DNA of 64,000 bases from an uncultured Acidobacteriota bacterium (lineage in GTDB: Bacteria > Acidobacteriota > Thermoanaerobaculia > UBA5066 > Gp7-AA6). Position 1 is the stretch's first letter. Every line of letters starts with the position of its first letter. The notes beneath the pieces were generated by a model that was given only the letters and a program-made list of their open reading frames with translations, was not told where the DNA came from and searched no databases. Positions 27,932 through 39,363 of this stretch are shown in pieces. The translations under genes were made by a program, and so were the position numbers. The stretch spans positions 160,001-224,000 of the forward strand of contig CAVXTP010000010.1 of assembly GCA_963764715.1 (NCBI GenBank), read 5' to 3'.

Positions 27932-29608
27932 ATGACGTACCTGACGAATGCCCTTCGCAACAACCCCGAGCTCGCCATCTTCCTGACGCTCGCCGTGGGT
28001 TTCGTGTTCGGGCGCCTGCGGATCGGCAGCTTCCGGCTCGGCAACGTCGTCGGGACGCTGCTCGCCGGCGTGCTCATCGGACAGCTCGACATCCACGTCG
28101 ATCCGATCGTCAAGCTCGTCTTCTTCGACCTCTTCCTCTTCGCGACCGGCTACAAGGTGGGCCCGCAGTTCTTCCGTGGGCTCGGCAAGAGCGCCCTGCC
28201 GCAGGTCGCCGTGACGTTGGTCCTGTGCATCACGAGCCTCGTGGTCACGGTCGCGGCGGCGAAGCTCTTCCACTACGACTGCGGGACCGCGGCGGGACTG
28301 ATGGCCGGCGCCTTCACGGAGTCGACCGTCATCGGCACGGCGGGAGAGACGATCAACCATCTCGACCTGCCGGCGGAGGAGAAGGCCCGGCTTCTGAACA
28401 ACATCCCCGTGGCCTACGCGGTCTCGTACCTCGTCGGCACCGGGTTCGTCGTGTGGTTCCTGTCGAGCCTCGCGCCGAAGCTCCTCAAGGTGGACCTGAA
28501 GGCCGAGAGCCGCAAGCTCGAGAAGGAGCTCTCGGGCGAATCGGAGTCGAGGTCCTCCAAGGAGTCCGCCTATCGCGAGTGGGACCTGCGCACCTACCGG
28601 ATCGACGACGCGGCCTGGGCGGATCGCACCGTGGCCGATCTCGAGAAGTCGTTCTCGCCCGCGCGGGCCTTCGTCGAGCGGATCCGCCGCGGGGCGGAGA
28701 TCCTCGACGCCTCGCCGGAGATGGCGCTGGCCCGCGGCGATTCGGTCGCGATCGCCGCCCCCAGGAGGGTGCTCGCGGGCGGGGTCTCGATCGGCGTGGA
28801 GATCGAGGACAAGGCGCTGCTCGACTTTCCGCTCGTCGCGCTGGACATCGTCCTGACCAATCGGAGCCTGGTCGACCTCAGCCTCAGGGAGCTCGCCTCA
28901 CTCCACGGGCGCGGCGTGGCGCTGATGCAACTCGTGCGCGGGGGAGAGGAGATCCCGTTCGTGCCGTCGACCGTGGTCAACCGGGGTGACATCCTGCGGC
29001 TCTCCGGCGCGACCCGCGACGTCGAGCGCGTCGGCGCGGCCCTGGGCTACATCGAGCGGCCCTCGCACGAGACCGACGTCGTCTTCGTCGGCCTCGGCAT
29101 CCTCGTGGGCGGGCTCGTCGGGCTCCTCTCGGTCTCGGTGGGCGGGTTACCGCTTTCCCTGACGGCGAGCGGCGGCGCCCTCATCATGGGGCTCGTCTTC
29201 GGGTGGCTGCGCTCGGTGCGCCCGACCTTCGGCCGGATCCCGGAGCCGGCGCTCTGGGTGTTCGACACGGTCGGCCTGGCCGTCTTCATCGGCGTGGTCG
29301 GCCTGACCGCGGGCCCGAGCTTCGTCGCGGGCCTGAAGCAGACCGGGCTGAGCCTGCTCTTCGTCGGCTTCGTCGTCGCGGTCACGCCGCACATGGCGGC
29401 GCTCGTCTTCGGGCACAAGGTCCTCAAGATGAATCCGGTCATTCTGCTGGGGGCCTCGGCCGGGGCCGGGACGGTCACGGCCGCCCTGCGCTCGATCCAG
29501 GACGAGGCTCACAGCAAGCTCCCCGTGCTCGGTTACACGGTGCCCTACGCCATCGGGAACATCCTCCTGACGGCCTGGGGCCCGGTCATCGTTTTTCTGA
29601 CGAAGTAG
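27932..29608 (+). CDS. aspT: Aspartate:alanine antiporter (AAE family, TrkA-C domains)
   Basis: PELAIFLTLA, FLFATGYKVGPQFF, AYAVSY, GYTVPYAIGN. Confidence 0.87.
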   Translation: MTYLTNALRNNPELAIFLTLAVGFVFGRLRIGSFRLGNVVGTLLAGVLIGQLDIHVDPIVKLVFFDLFLFATGYKVGPQFFRGLGKSALPQVAVTLVLCITSLVVTVAAAKLFHYDCGTAAGLMAGAFTESTVIGTAGETINHLDLPAEEKARLLNNIPVAYAVSYLVGTGFVVWFLSSLAPKLLKVDLKAESRKLEKELSGESESRSSKESAYREWDLRTYRIDDAAWADRTVADLEKSFSPARAFVERIRRGAEILDASPEMALARGDSVAIAAPRRVLAGGVSIGVEIEDKALLDFPLVALDIVLTNRSLVDLSLRELASLHGRGVALMQLVRGGEEIPFVPSTVVNRGDILRLSGATRDVERVGAALGYIERPSHETDVVFVGLGILVGGLVGLLSVSVGGLPLSLTASGGALIMGLVFGWLRSVRPTFGRIPEPALWVFDTVGLAVFIGVVGLTAGPSFVAGLKQTGLSLLFVGFVVAVTPHMAALVFGHKVLKMNPVILLGASAGAGTVTAALRSIQDEAHSKLPVLGYTVPYAIGNILLTAWGPVIVFLTK

Positions 29609-29617
29609 GAGGTTTCC

Positions 29618-30704
29618 ATGTTCCACCGCAAGACGTTTCTTCCCGCCCTGGTGACTGCATTGTCGTTGGCGGCAACGGCGACGGCGCAGACCGGCGCGAC
29701 CGCGGCGAAAGGCCCTCTTCCCGAACATCGTGGTCCTGGCGACCGGCGGCACGATCGCCGGAGCCGCCGCGAGCGACGTCCAGGCCGGCTATACGTCGGG
29801 CCAGGTCGGCGTCGAGCAGCTCCTGGCCGCCGTGCCGCAGGCGAAGAAGCTCGCGAACCTCCGCGGCGAGCAGATCTCGAACATCGGCTCGCAGGACATG
29901 AACGACGAGGTCTGGTTCAAGCTCGCGCGGCGAATCAACGAGCTCACCGCGATGAAGGACGTGGACGGAATCGTCATCACGCACGGAACCGACACGATCG
30001 AGGAGACGGCCTACTTTCTCAATCTCGTGACCAGGTCGCGCAAACCGGTTGTGCTGACGGCGGCGATGCGGCCGTCCACCGCCCTGTCGGCCGACGGCCC
30101 GCTCAACTTCTACAACGCCGTGGCGGTGGCCGCGAACAAGGACGCGGCGGGCCGCGGCGTGCTCGTGGTCGTCAACGACTGGATCCACGGCGCCTCTTCG
30201 CTCACCAAGGCGAGCACGACCGCGGTGCAGACCTTCCTTTCGCCGCTGCGCGGCTTGATCGGCACCGTGGCGTACGGGGAGGCCGAGTTCTACCGCGGCC
30301 CGGTCGGCCGCAACACGGTCGACTCGGAGTTCTCGCTCGATGGCCTGACGAGCCTGCCGCGCGTGGACATCGTCATGGCGTACGAGAACATGGACGGGGC
30401 CCTGATCGATTGCTCGGCGGCGGCGGGAGCGAAAGGCATCGTGATCGCGGGGGTGGGCAACGGGAACATGACGGCGGTCGCGCTGAACGCCCTCGGTGCC
30501 CAGGCGAAGAAGGGGATCGTCTGTGTGCGCTCCTCGCGGGTGGCGACGGGACGGGTGGGGCGCAACGTCGAGGTCGACGACGACAAGTACGGGTTCGTCG
30601 CCTCCCTGGAGCTGAATCCCCAGAAATCGCGGGTTCTCCTCCGGCTGGCGCTGACGAAGACGAAGGACCCCAAACAGATTCAGCGGTATTTCGACCAGTA
30701 CTGA
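29618..30704 (+). CDS. ansB: Type II (periplasmic) L-asparaginase (frameshift ~29721)
   Basis: Signal peptide; LATGGTIAG, IGSQDM, HGTDTIEET, GVGNGN, LNPQK. Confidence 0.88.
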
Positions 30705-32221
30705 TGCGGCCCTGGACCCCGGCGGTCGTCGCGGCCCTCTCGTGGGCCCTCGGGCCGGCGTCGGTGCCGGCGCAAGCCCGTGCCGGCGTGTTGGAGGGAC
30801 GCGTGCTCGATGAGCGCCGGGCCCCTGTGGCCAACGCGACGATCGCCGCTCGCCATCTCGCGACCGGATTTCGCCAGTCGGCGGTTTCCGATGCGTCGGG
30901 CCTCTTCCGTGTCGGCCCTCTTCCGGAGGGTTTGTACGACGTCACGGCCGAGGCGCCGGGGTACGGCACGGGCCTGGCGAGCGGCGTCGCCACGGCGGCC
31001 GCCGGGAGCGTGCGCGTCGACTTCGTGCTGAAGGCGTCGCTTCCGGAAGGCCGCGTGGCGCCCGCAGCGGCGCCTTCCGAAAAGCCGGCGCCGAGGCGGG
31101 GGCCCCGGCTCCAGATCTACGGATACGCCGCCCTCAACCTGATCAACGACTTCGACCAGATGAACCCGGACTGGTACGACATGGAGAGGCCCTCGAAGCT
31201 TCCGGCCTTTCCAAACGAGTTCGGCGAAAACGGCAACTTCTGGGCGAGCGTGCGCCAGACGCGCTTCGGCGTCCGTTCGTGGATCCCGACGGGGCTCGGC
31301 GAGGTCAGGACGGAGTTCGAGTTCGACCTTTCCGGTGTCGCCCCCGACGCCGGGGAGACGACGTTTCACCTGCGTCAGGCCTGGGGCGAGCTCGGCCCGT
31401 TTCTCGCCGGCCAGACCGTCAGCGTCTTCATGGACATGGACATCTTTCCGAGAATCGTGGAGTACTTCGGCCCCGACGGGATGGTCTTCTATCGCAACGT
31501 TCAGCTGCGCTGGACGCCCATCCGGGGGGAGAAGCGCCTGATCTTCGCCCTCGAACGCCCCGGAGCCAACGGCGACACCGGCGAGTTTGCGGGCCGGGTC
31601 GAGCTCGAGGGAGTCCAGAGCCGCTTCCCGTATCCGGACCTCACGGCGCAATACCACTACGGCGACGACTGGGGGCACGTCCAGCTCGCCGGGATCGTGC
31701 GCTACATCGGGTGGACCGACTCCGTCCGCGACCAGTACGACCTGGCGGGGCACGCCATCGGCTGGGGCTTCAACCTGAGCTCCGTCCTCAAGGTGTCGCA
31801 GACCGGCAATCTCCGGCTCGAGGCCTCGTACGGGGAAGGGATCGAGACTTACATGCGGGACGCGCCCGTGGACGTCGCGGCGCAGGCCAATCCGGGTCAC
31901 CCGAGCCAGCCGGTCGTCGGAAAGGCGCTGCCGGTCTTTGGCATGGCCGCGTTCTACGATTTCAACTGGAGCGAGAAATTCTCGAGCGCGATCGGCTACT
32001 CCCGGATCGACATCGAGAACAGCGACGATCAGCTCCCGACCGCCTTCCGGAGCGGCCAGTACGCCCTGGCCAATCTCCTCTACTATCCCGTCCGGAACGT
32101 GATGACGGGACTCGAATTTCAGTGGGGCCGCCGGGAGAACTTTTCCGACGGTTTCGCGGTCAACGACTTCCGAATTCAGTTCTCGGCGAGATACAACTTC
32201 TCTTTCGAGGCCGGCGAGTGA
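30704..32221 (+). CDS. Second DcaP-family porin with carboxypeptidase-regulatory-like domain
   Basis: Clear paralog of 22974-24524 (ERPSKLP.FPNEFG.NGNFWASVRQTRFG). Confidence 0.8.
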   Translation: MRPWTPAVVAALSWALGPASVPAQARAGVLEGRVLDERRAPVANATIAARHLATGFRQSAVSDASGLFRVGPLPEGLYDVTAEAPGYGTGLASGVATAAAGSVRVDFVLKASLPEGRVAPAAAPSEKPAPRRGPRLQIYGYAALNLINDFDQMNPDWYDMERPSKLPAFPNEFGENGNFWASVRQTRFGVRSWIPTGLGEVRTEFEFDLSGVAPDAGETTFHLRQAWGELGPFLAGQTVSVFMDMDIFPRIVEYFGPDGMVFYRNVQLRWTPIRGEKRLIFALERPGANGDTGEFAGRVELEGVQSRFPYPDLTAQYHYGDDWGHVQLAGIVRYIGWTDSVRDQYDLAGHAIGWGFNLSSVLKVSQTGNLRLEASYGEGIETYMRDAPVDVAAQANPGHPSQPVVGKALPVFGMAAFYDFNWSEKFSSAIGYSRIDIENSDDQLPTAFRSGQYALANLLYYPVRNVMTGLEFQWGRRENFSDGFAVNDFRIQFSARYNFSFEAGE

Positions 32222-32267
32222 CGTGGTGCGGGGCGCCGATGAGCGTCGTGGACGGAAGGAGCAGGGC

Positions 32268-33227
32268 ATGAAAGATTCCGGAAAGAAGGCCCCCGGGTCC
32301 AAAGTCGAGACGCCGGGGCTGCCCCGGCTCGACGATCTGGTCGAACGGGCGCAGAAGCTGGCGCGCCGATATCGGGTCCGGGACGGCAAGGGCTTCCGGC
32401 TGGAGGACGTCGACCCGGGAGACACCGCCTGGCTCAAGGCCGAGGACAAGCCCGCCGCCAAGGAGGCGCTGCAGCAGGGCATCGATCTGCTCGCCGAGCT
32501 GCAGGACATGCTGTACGCCCAGGACCGCTGGGCCGTCCTCCTGATCTTCCAGGCGATGGATGCCGCCGGAAAGGACGGCGCCATCAAGCACGTCATGTCC
32601 GGCATCAACCCGCAGGGCTGCCAGGTCTCGTCCTTCAAGGCCCCGTCGGCGGAAGACCTCGACCACGACTTCCTGTGGCGCTGCTCCAAGAACCTCCCGG
32701 AGCGCGGAAGGATCGGGATCTTCAACCGTTCCTACTACGAAGAGGTTCTCGTGGTCCGCGTCCACAAGGAGCTCCTCGAAAAGCAGAAGCTGCCCCGGCA
32801 GCGGATCTCCGGGGACATCTGGGACGAGCGCTTCCGGGACATCCGCGGCTGGGAGCGATACCTCGACGCCAACGGCGTGCTCGTGCGGAAGTTCTTCCTG
32901 CACGTGTCCCGCAAGGAGCAGAAGCGGCGCTTCCTCGAGCGCATCGAGAATCCCGAGAAGAACTGGAAGTTCTCCCCGACCGATGCGCAGGAGCGCGGGT
33001 TCTGGAAGGACTACATGCGCGCCTACGAGGACCTGATCCGCCACACGGCCACGAAGCGCTCGCCCTGGTACGTCGTGCCGGCGGACAACAAGTGGTTCAC
33101 GCGGATCGTGGTCGCGGCCGCCGTCATCGACACGCTGTCGTCGATGGGGCTGAAGTACCCGAAGGTCGACGAGGCGAAGCTCCGCGAGCTGCAGAAGACG
33201 AAGGCGAAGCTGCTCGCCGAGAAGTGA
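32268..33227 (+). CDS. ppk2: Polyphosphate kinase 2 family protein
   Basis: FQAMDAAGKDGAIKHV Walker A, FNRSYYEEVL, PWYVVPADNKW. Confidence 0.92.
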   Translation: MKDSGKKAPGSKVETPGLPRLDDLVERAQKLARRYRVRDGKGFRLEDVDPGDTAWLKAEDKPAAKEALQQGIDLLAELQDMLYAQDRWAVLLIFQAMDAAGKDGAIKHVMSGINPQGCQVSSFKAPSAEDLDHDFLWRCSKNLPERGRIGIFNRSYYEEVLVVRVHKELLEKQKLPRQRISGDIWDERFRDIRGWERYLDANGVLVRKFFLHVSRKEQKRRFLERIENPEKNWKFSPTDAQERGFWKDYMRAYEDLIRHTATKRSPWYVVPADNKWFTRIVVAAAVIDTLSSMGLKYPKVDEAKLRELQKTKAKLLAEK

Positions 33228-33239
33228 GCCCGGGTCGGC

Positions 33240-34940
33240 TCAGGCGCGGGGCGAAGCCGCGGCGGGTTTCTGGTACCGCTCCACGGCCAGCTCGACGCTG
33301 AAGACCATCCGCTCGCGGCCCAGGATCTCCCCGAGCGCCGAGCGCTGGATCATCGCCAGGACCGCGGGGTTCAGCGCGACGAGCCACAGGGCGACGCCCC
33401 GCTCGCGGCTGCGCTTCTCGCCCTCCACGAGCATCTTGAGAGCCGTGTACTCGAGGTCGAAGACGGCGCTCATGTCGAGCGCCACGACCTTCGCCCCGGC
33501 TTCGTCGGCGAGCGCACGGATCTTCTGCCCGATCCGTTCGGCGTTGGCGAAGAAGATCCGGCCCTCCGGCCGCAGAAGGAGGAGGCCCGGAAAGAATTCG
33601 TCCTCGGGATGCTCCTTCGTGCGCGGCCGGAAGACGTTGGTTCCGGGCTTGCGCCCCAGGACGTGGACCGGCGGATCCGCCACCTGCTGGGCGAGGGCGA
33701 TGAGCGACAGCACGATCGCGACGAGGATCCCCTTGAGCGTTCCGAGGACCATCACGCCGGCAAACGCGGCCAGCGCCCAGACGAACTCCGTCCGCCGGAT
33801 GCGGAGGATCGACCGGAACTCCGCCGGCTTGATCAGGCCGACCGAGTAGACGACGACGACCGCGGCGAGCGTCGCCTGGGGCATGAGGCCCATCCACGGG
33901 GCCAGGAAGAACATCGTCGCGAGCGTGCCCGCGGCCGTGACGATCTCGGCGAGCTGCGTGCGGGCGCCCGCGTTGCGGTTGACCGCCGTCTGGCTCGTCC
34001 CGCCGCCCGAAGGCATCGCGCCCAGAAAGGCGCTGCCGGCGTTCGCGAAGCCCGTCGCGAGAAGCTCCCGGTTGGCCCGGGGAGGGGCCTCGTTGCTCCG
34101 CGCGAAGGCCCGCCCGGCGGCGACGGTCTCGGTGAAGCTCATCAGCGCGATGCCGATCGCGCCCGACCAGAGCCCGGCGACGAGCGAGAAGTCCGGAAGG
34201 GTGACCGACGGAAATCCCCTGGGGATGTGGCCTACCAGCTCGACGCCCCGGTCTGCGAGCCCGAGCAGTCCCGCGGCGGCGATCCCGGCCGCCACCACGA
34301 CGAGGGGCGCCGGAGCCCGGGGAAGAAACCGCGCGAGACCGATCAGGATCGCCATCATCGCGCCCGCGACCGCGAGCGTCGGCAGCGACGTCTGCGGGAT
34401 GTGTTGGATGGTCGAACCCACGTTGCGGAGGAACGTCGACCGCGGAATGTGGAATCCGAGGAGCTTGGGGAGCTGGTCGAGGATGATGACGACTCCGATG
34501 CCCGCCTTGAAGCCGACGAGCACGGGCTCGGAGATGAAGTCGGCGACGAACCCCAGCCTCAGGACCGAGGCCGCGAGGAGGATCGCCCCGACGAGCAGCG
34601 TCAGCGTGGCGAGAGCCGAGAGCAGCGCGGCGGAATCGCCCGCCGGGGCCGTGGCGGCGAGGATGGTCCCGGTCAGGATCGCCATCGTCGTGGTGGTGCT
34701 GACGCTCAGAACGTTCGACGAGCCGAGAAAAGCGTAAATCAACATCGGGAGAAACGCCGTGTAGAGGCCGACCTGGACCGGCAGCCCGGCAATCGTGGCG
34801 TAGGCCATCGCCTTGGGGATGACCACGGCCGCGGCGGTCAGCCCGGCGACGACGTCGAGCCTCAGCCACTCCTTCCGATATCCGCCGAGCCAGGCGGGCA
34901 ACCAGGAGCCGGTCTGCGTCGGACGGGCGGGCGCGTCCAT
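33240..34940 (-). CDS. SulP-family anion transporter with STAS domain
   Basis: DVVAGLT..IPKAMAYA.IAGLP..GLY, NRELLATG.AN, IFFANA. Confidence 0.92.
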   Translation of the reverse strand: MDAPARPTQTGSWLPAWLGGYRKEWLRLDVVAGLTAAAVVIPKAMAYATIAGLPVQVGLYTAFLPMLIYAFLGSSNVLSVSTTTTMAILTGTILAATAPAGDSAALLSALATLTLLVGAILLAASVLRLGFVADFISEPVLVGFKAGIGVVIILDQLPKLLGFHIPRSTFLRNVGSTIQHIPQTSLPTLAVAGAMMAILIGLARFLPRAPAPLVVVAAGIAAAGLLGLADRGVELVGHIPRGFPSVTLPDFSLVAGLWSGAIGIALMSFTETVAAGRAFARSNEAPPRANRELLATGFANAGSAFLGAMPSGGGTSQTAVNRNAGARTQLAEIVTAAGTLATMFFLAPWMGLMPQATLAAVVVVYSVGLIKPAEFRSILRIRRTEFVWALAAFAGVMVLGTLKGILVAIVLSLIALAQQVADPPVHVLGRKPGTNVFRPRTKEHPEDEFFPGLLLLRPEGRIFFANAERIGQKIRALADEAGAKVVALDMSAVFDLEYTALKMLVEGEKRSRERGVALWLVALNPAVLAMIQRSALGEILGRERMVFSVELAVERYQKPAAASPRA

Positions 34941-35006
34941 GGTCGTCGAAATCCTACCTTTCCGTCGGCGGCACGGCGGATGGCGTCGCCGCGAGCCCCG
35001 ACCGCT

Positions 35007-35738
35007 TCAGCGAGGTGGCTGAGGCTGCGGGGTCGGAGCCGCCTTGGGGACGTCGCCGGGGGACGCGACGACGGCCGATGGCGGCGCATACGCGTCCGTC
35101 ACACCGGGCTCCCCCTGGTAGAGCCAGTTGCCCTGGCCCGAATCGGGCTGGGCGGGAGCCGGCACCGGCGCGACCTGCGGACCGCCGGGAAGGATCGTCA
35201 CGGTGCCGCCGCCCTCCATCGGAAGGTTGTCGATGCGAGCGCCGCCCCTCTCCTCCTGCTGGATCCGGAACGCCGGGATTCCCGTCACGCGGGTGATCGC
35301 CTTGACGTCCTCCATCCGCAGGCTCATGAGCGTGCCGTCGCGCCAGGTTTTCAGCACGTAGGTCTTTCCCTTGAGGACCGGGTTGTCGCGCGCGATGACC
35401 CGGCCGGTCGGGACGAGGTCGACCCGATACACGACCTCCTGGTTGATGTCCTTCGTCCGCTGGCTGACCTTCTTCACCCTGGCCCGGGAAAGGCGCACGG
35501 TCTGCCTGTCCGGCCACGCCGTGAATACGTAGACATCGCCCTCGAGCACCGGTTTGCCGAGACTGAATGCCTGGCCCGACGGGTCGAGATCGAACTGCCA
35601 GATCTCGAGCATCTGCACGGGCGCGGGAGCCTTGCTGCCGACGAGGGGTGTCGCCCGTGGAGCCGGGCTCGACGGCGCCTGGGCATCGAGGCGGGTGGCG
35701 AGAACCAGGGCGGCCAGGATGCAGATTCCGGTACGCAT
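35007..35738 (-). CDS. Hypothetical secreted protein
   Basis: Signal peptide; two short similar beta-domains; Pro-rich tail. Confidence 0.6.
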   Translation of the reverse strand: MRTGICILAALVLATRLDAQAPSSPAPRATPLVGSKAPAPVQMLEIWQFDLDPSGQAFSLGKPVLEGDVYVFTAWPDRQTVRLSRARVKKVSQRTKDINQEVVYRVDLVPTGRVIARDNPVLKGKTYVLKTWRDGTLMSLRMEDVKAITRVTGIPAFRIQQEERGGARIDNLPMEGGGTVTILPGGPQVAPVPAPAQPDSGQGNWLYQGEPGVTDAYAPPSAVVASPGDVPKAAPTPQPQPPR

Positions 35739-35786
35739 GGCAATCTCCCTTGGACTTCATGGTCCGCCGAACCGGCGGTGGCGCCA

Positions 35787-35804
35787 ATGGGACAATGGTC
35801 TCAT
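35787..35804. promoter_or_regulatory. 18-bp palindromic operator, site C
   Basis: ATGGGACAATGGTCTCAT; plus-strand -10 TAACTT at 35827-35832. Confidence 0.6.
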
Positions 35805-35935
35805 GCCGGAAAGCTCGTGGGCGGGGTAACTTGAGCCGGGTCGAGTGCAATCCGCGAAACCGGTCGTCTCTGATCGGAATGAATCATTCGAGTCCTGGTT
35901 GCGAGTCGTCAGAATCAGGACGGACGGAGGCCGAG

Positions 35936-38680
<2,745 letters not shown>

Positions 38681-38899
38681 GCCGAGAACGGATCTCTTGA
38701 CCGACGAGGCCGAGACCGGGCCCCGGTGGGCCGGGCGGCCTCATCGAGGAGCCGAGGTATCCCGGCCGGGCCGTGAACCAGCCGGGGGGCGAGACGGGCT
38801 GCCGGGGTTGCGGGCCGGCCTGTGGGATATGCTCCCTCGAGCGCTGCCGTCCGGCGGCCGACCTCCGGTCGCCCCGTCGTGGCGCAAAGGAGTACCGTG

Positions 38900-39244
38900 A
38901 TGAGAGGTAAGACTGTTGTAATCGCCGCGACCGCGCTCTTGGTCGCACTCGTCGCCTCGGCCGGGGACCAACCCTGTTCGATCCACGCGAAGAAGAGCCA
39001 GTCGAAGGAAGAGCTCACCGCGATGGCCAAGTGGTCGCACGCCGATGCGCTCGGAGCAGCGCTCAAGTCCCTGAATGTCACCGCCGACAAGGCGACGGTG
39101 AAAAAGTCCGAGCTCGAGGTCGAGGACGGGTGCCTCGTCTACTCGTTCGACATCGTCGTCGCCGGGGAGAGCAAGGGCAAGCACGAGATCGAGGTGGATG
39201 CCGGCAACGGACGGATCCTCTCGACGGACCACGATCGGCACTGA
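38900..39244 (+). CDS. PepSY-domain secreted protein
   Basis: Signal peptide; ELEVEDG.LVYSFDI..EIEVDAGNGRIL. Confidence 0.8.
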   Translation: MRGKTVVIAATALLVALVASAGDQPCSIHAKKSQSKEELTAMAKWSHADALGAALKSLNVTADKATVKKSELEVEDGCLVYSFDIVVAGESKGKHEIEVDAGNGRILSTDHDRH

Positions 39245-39363
39245 GCCCGGGAAACATCGGAAGCACTCAGGTTCTAGCGGACCCGCCGGCGGTGAGCGAG
39301 TTACGTCCGACGGGTTCGCGTCCTGGCTCGATCGGTACTTGAAGCGCTGAGGGCCGGGTCCTC

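Noticed and set aside
5300-29730. Programmed frameshifting or phase variation
   Set aside because: No slippery heptamers or long repeat tracts; the same small insertion pattern recurs in unrelated genes
29618-32221. Apparent 867-aa secreted protein fused to a porin
   Set aside because: Asparaginase signal peptide frameshifted into the frame of the downstream porin
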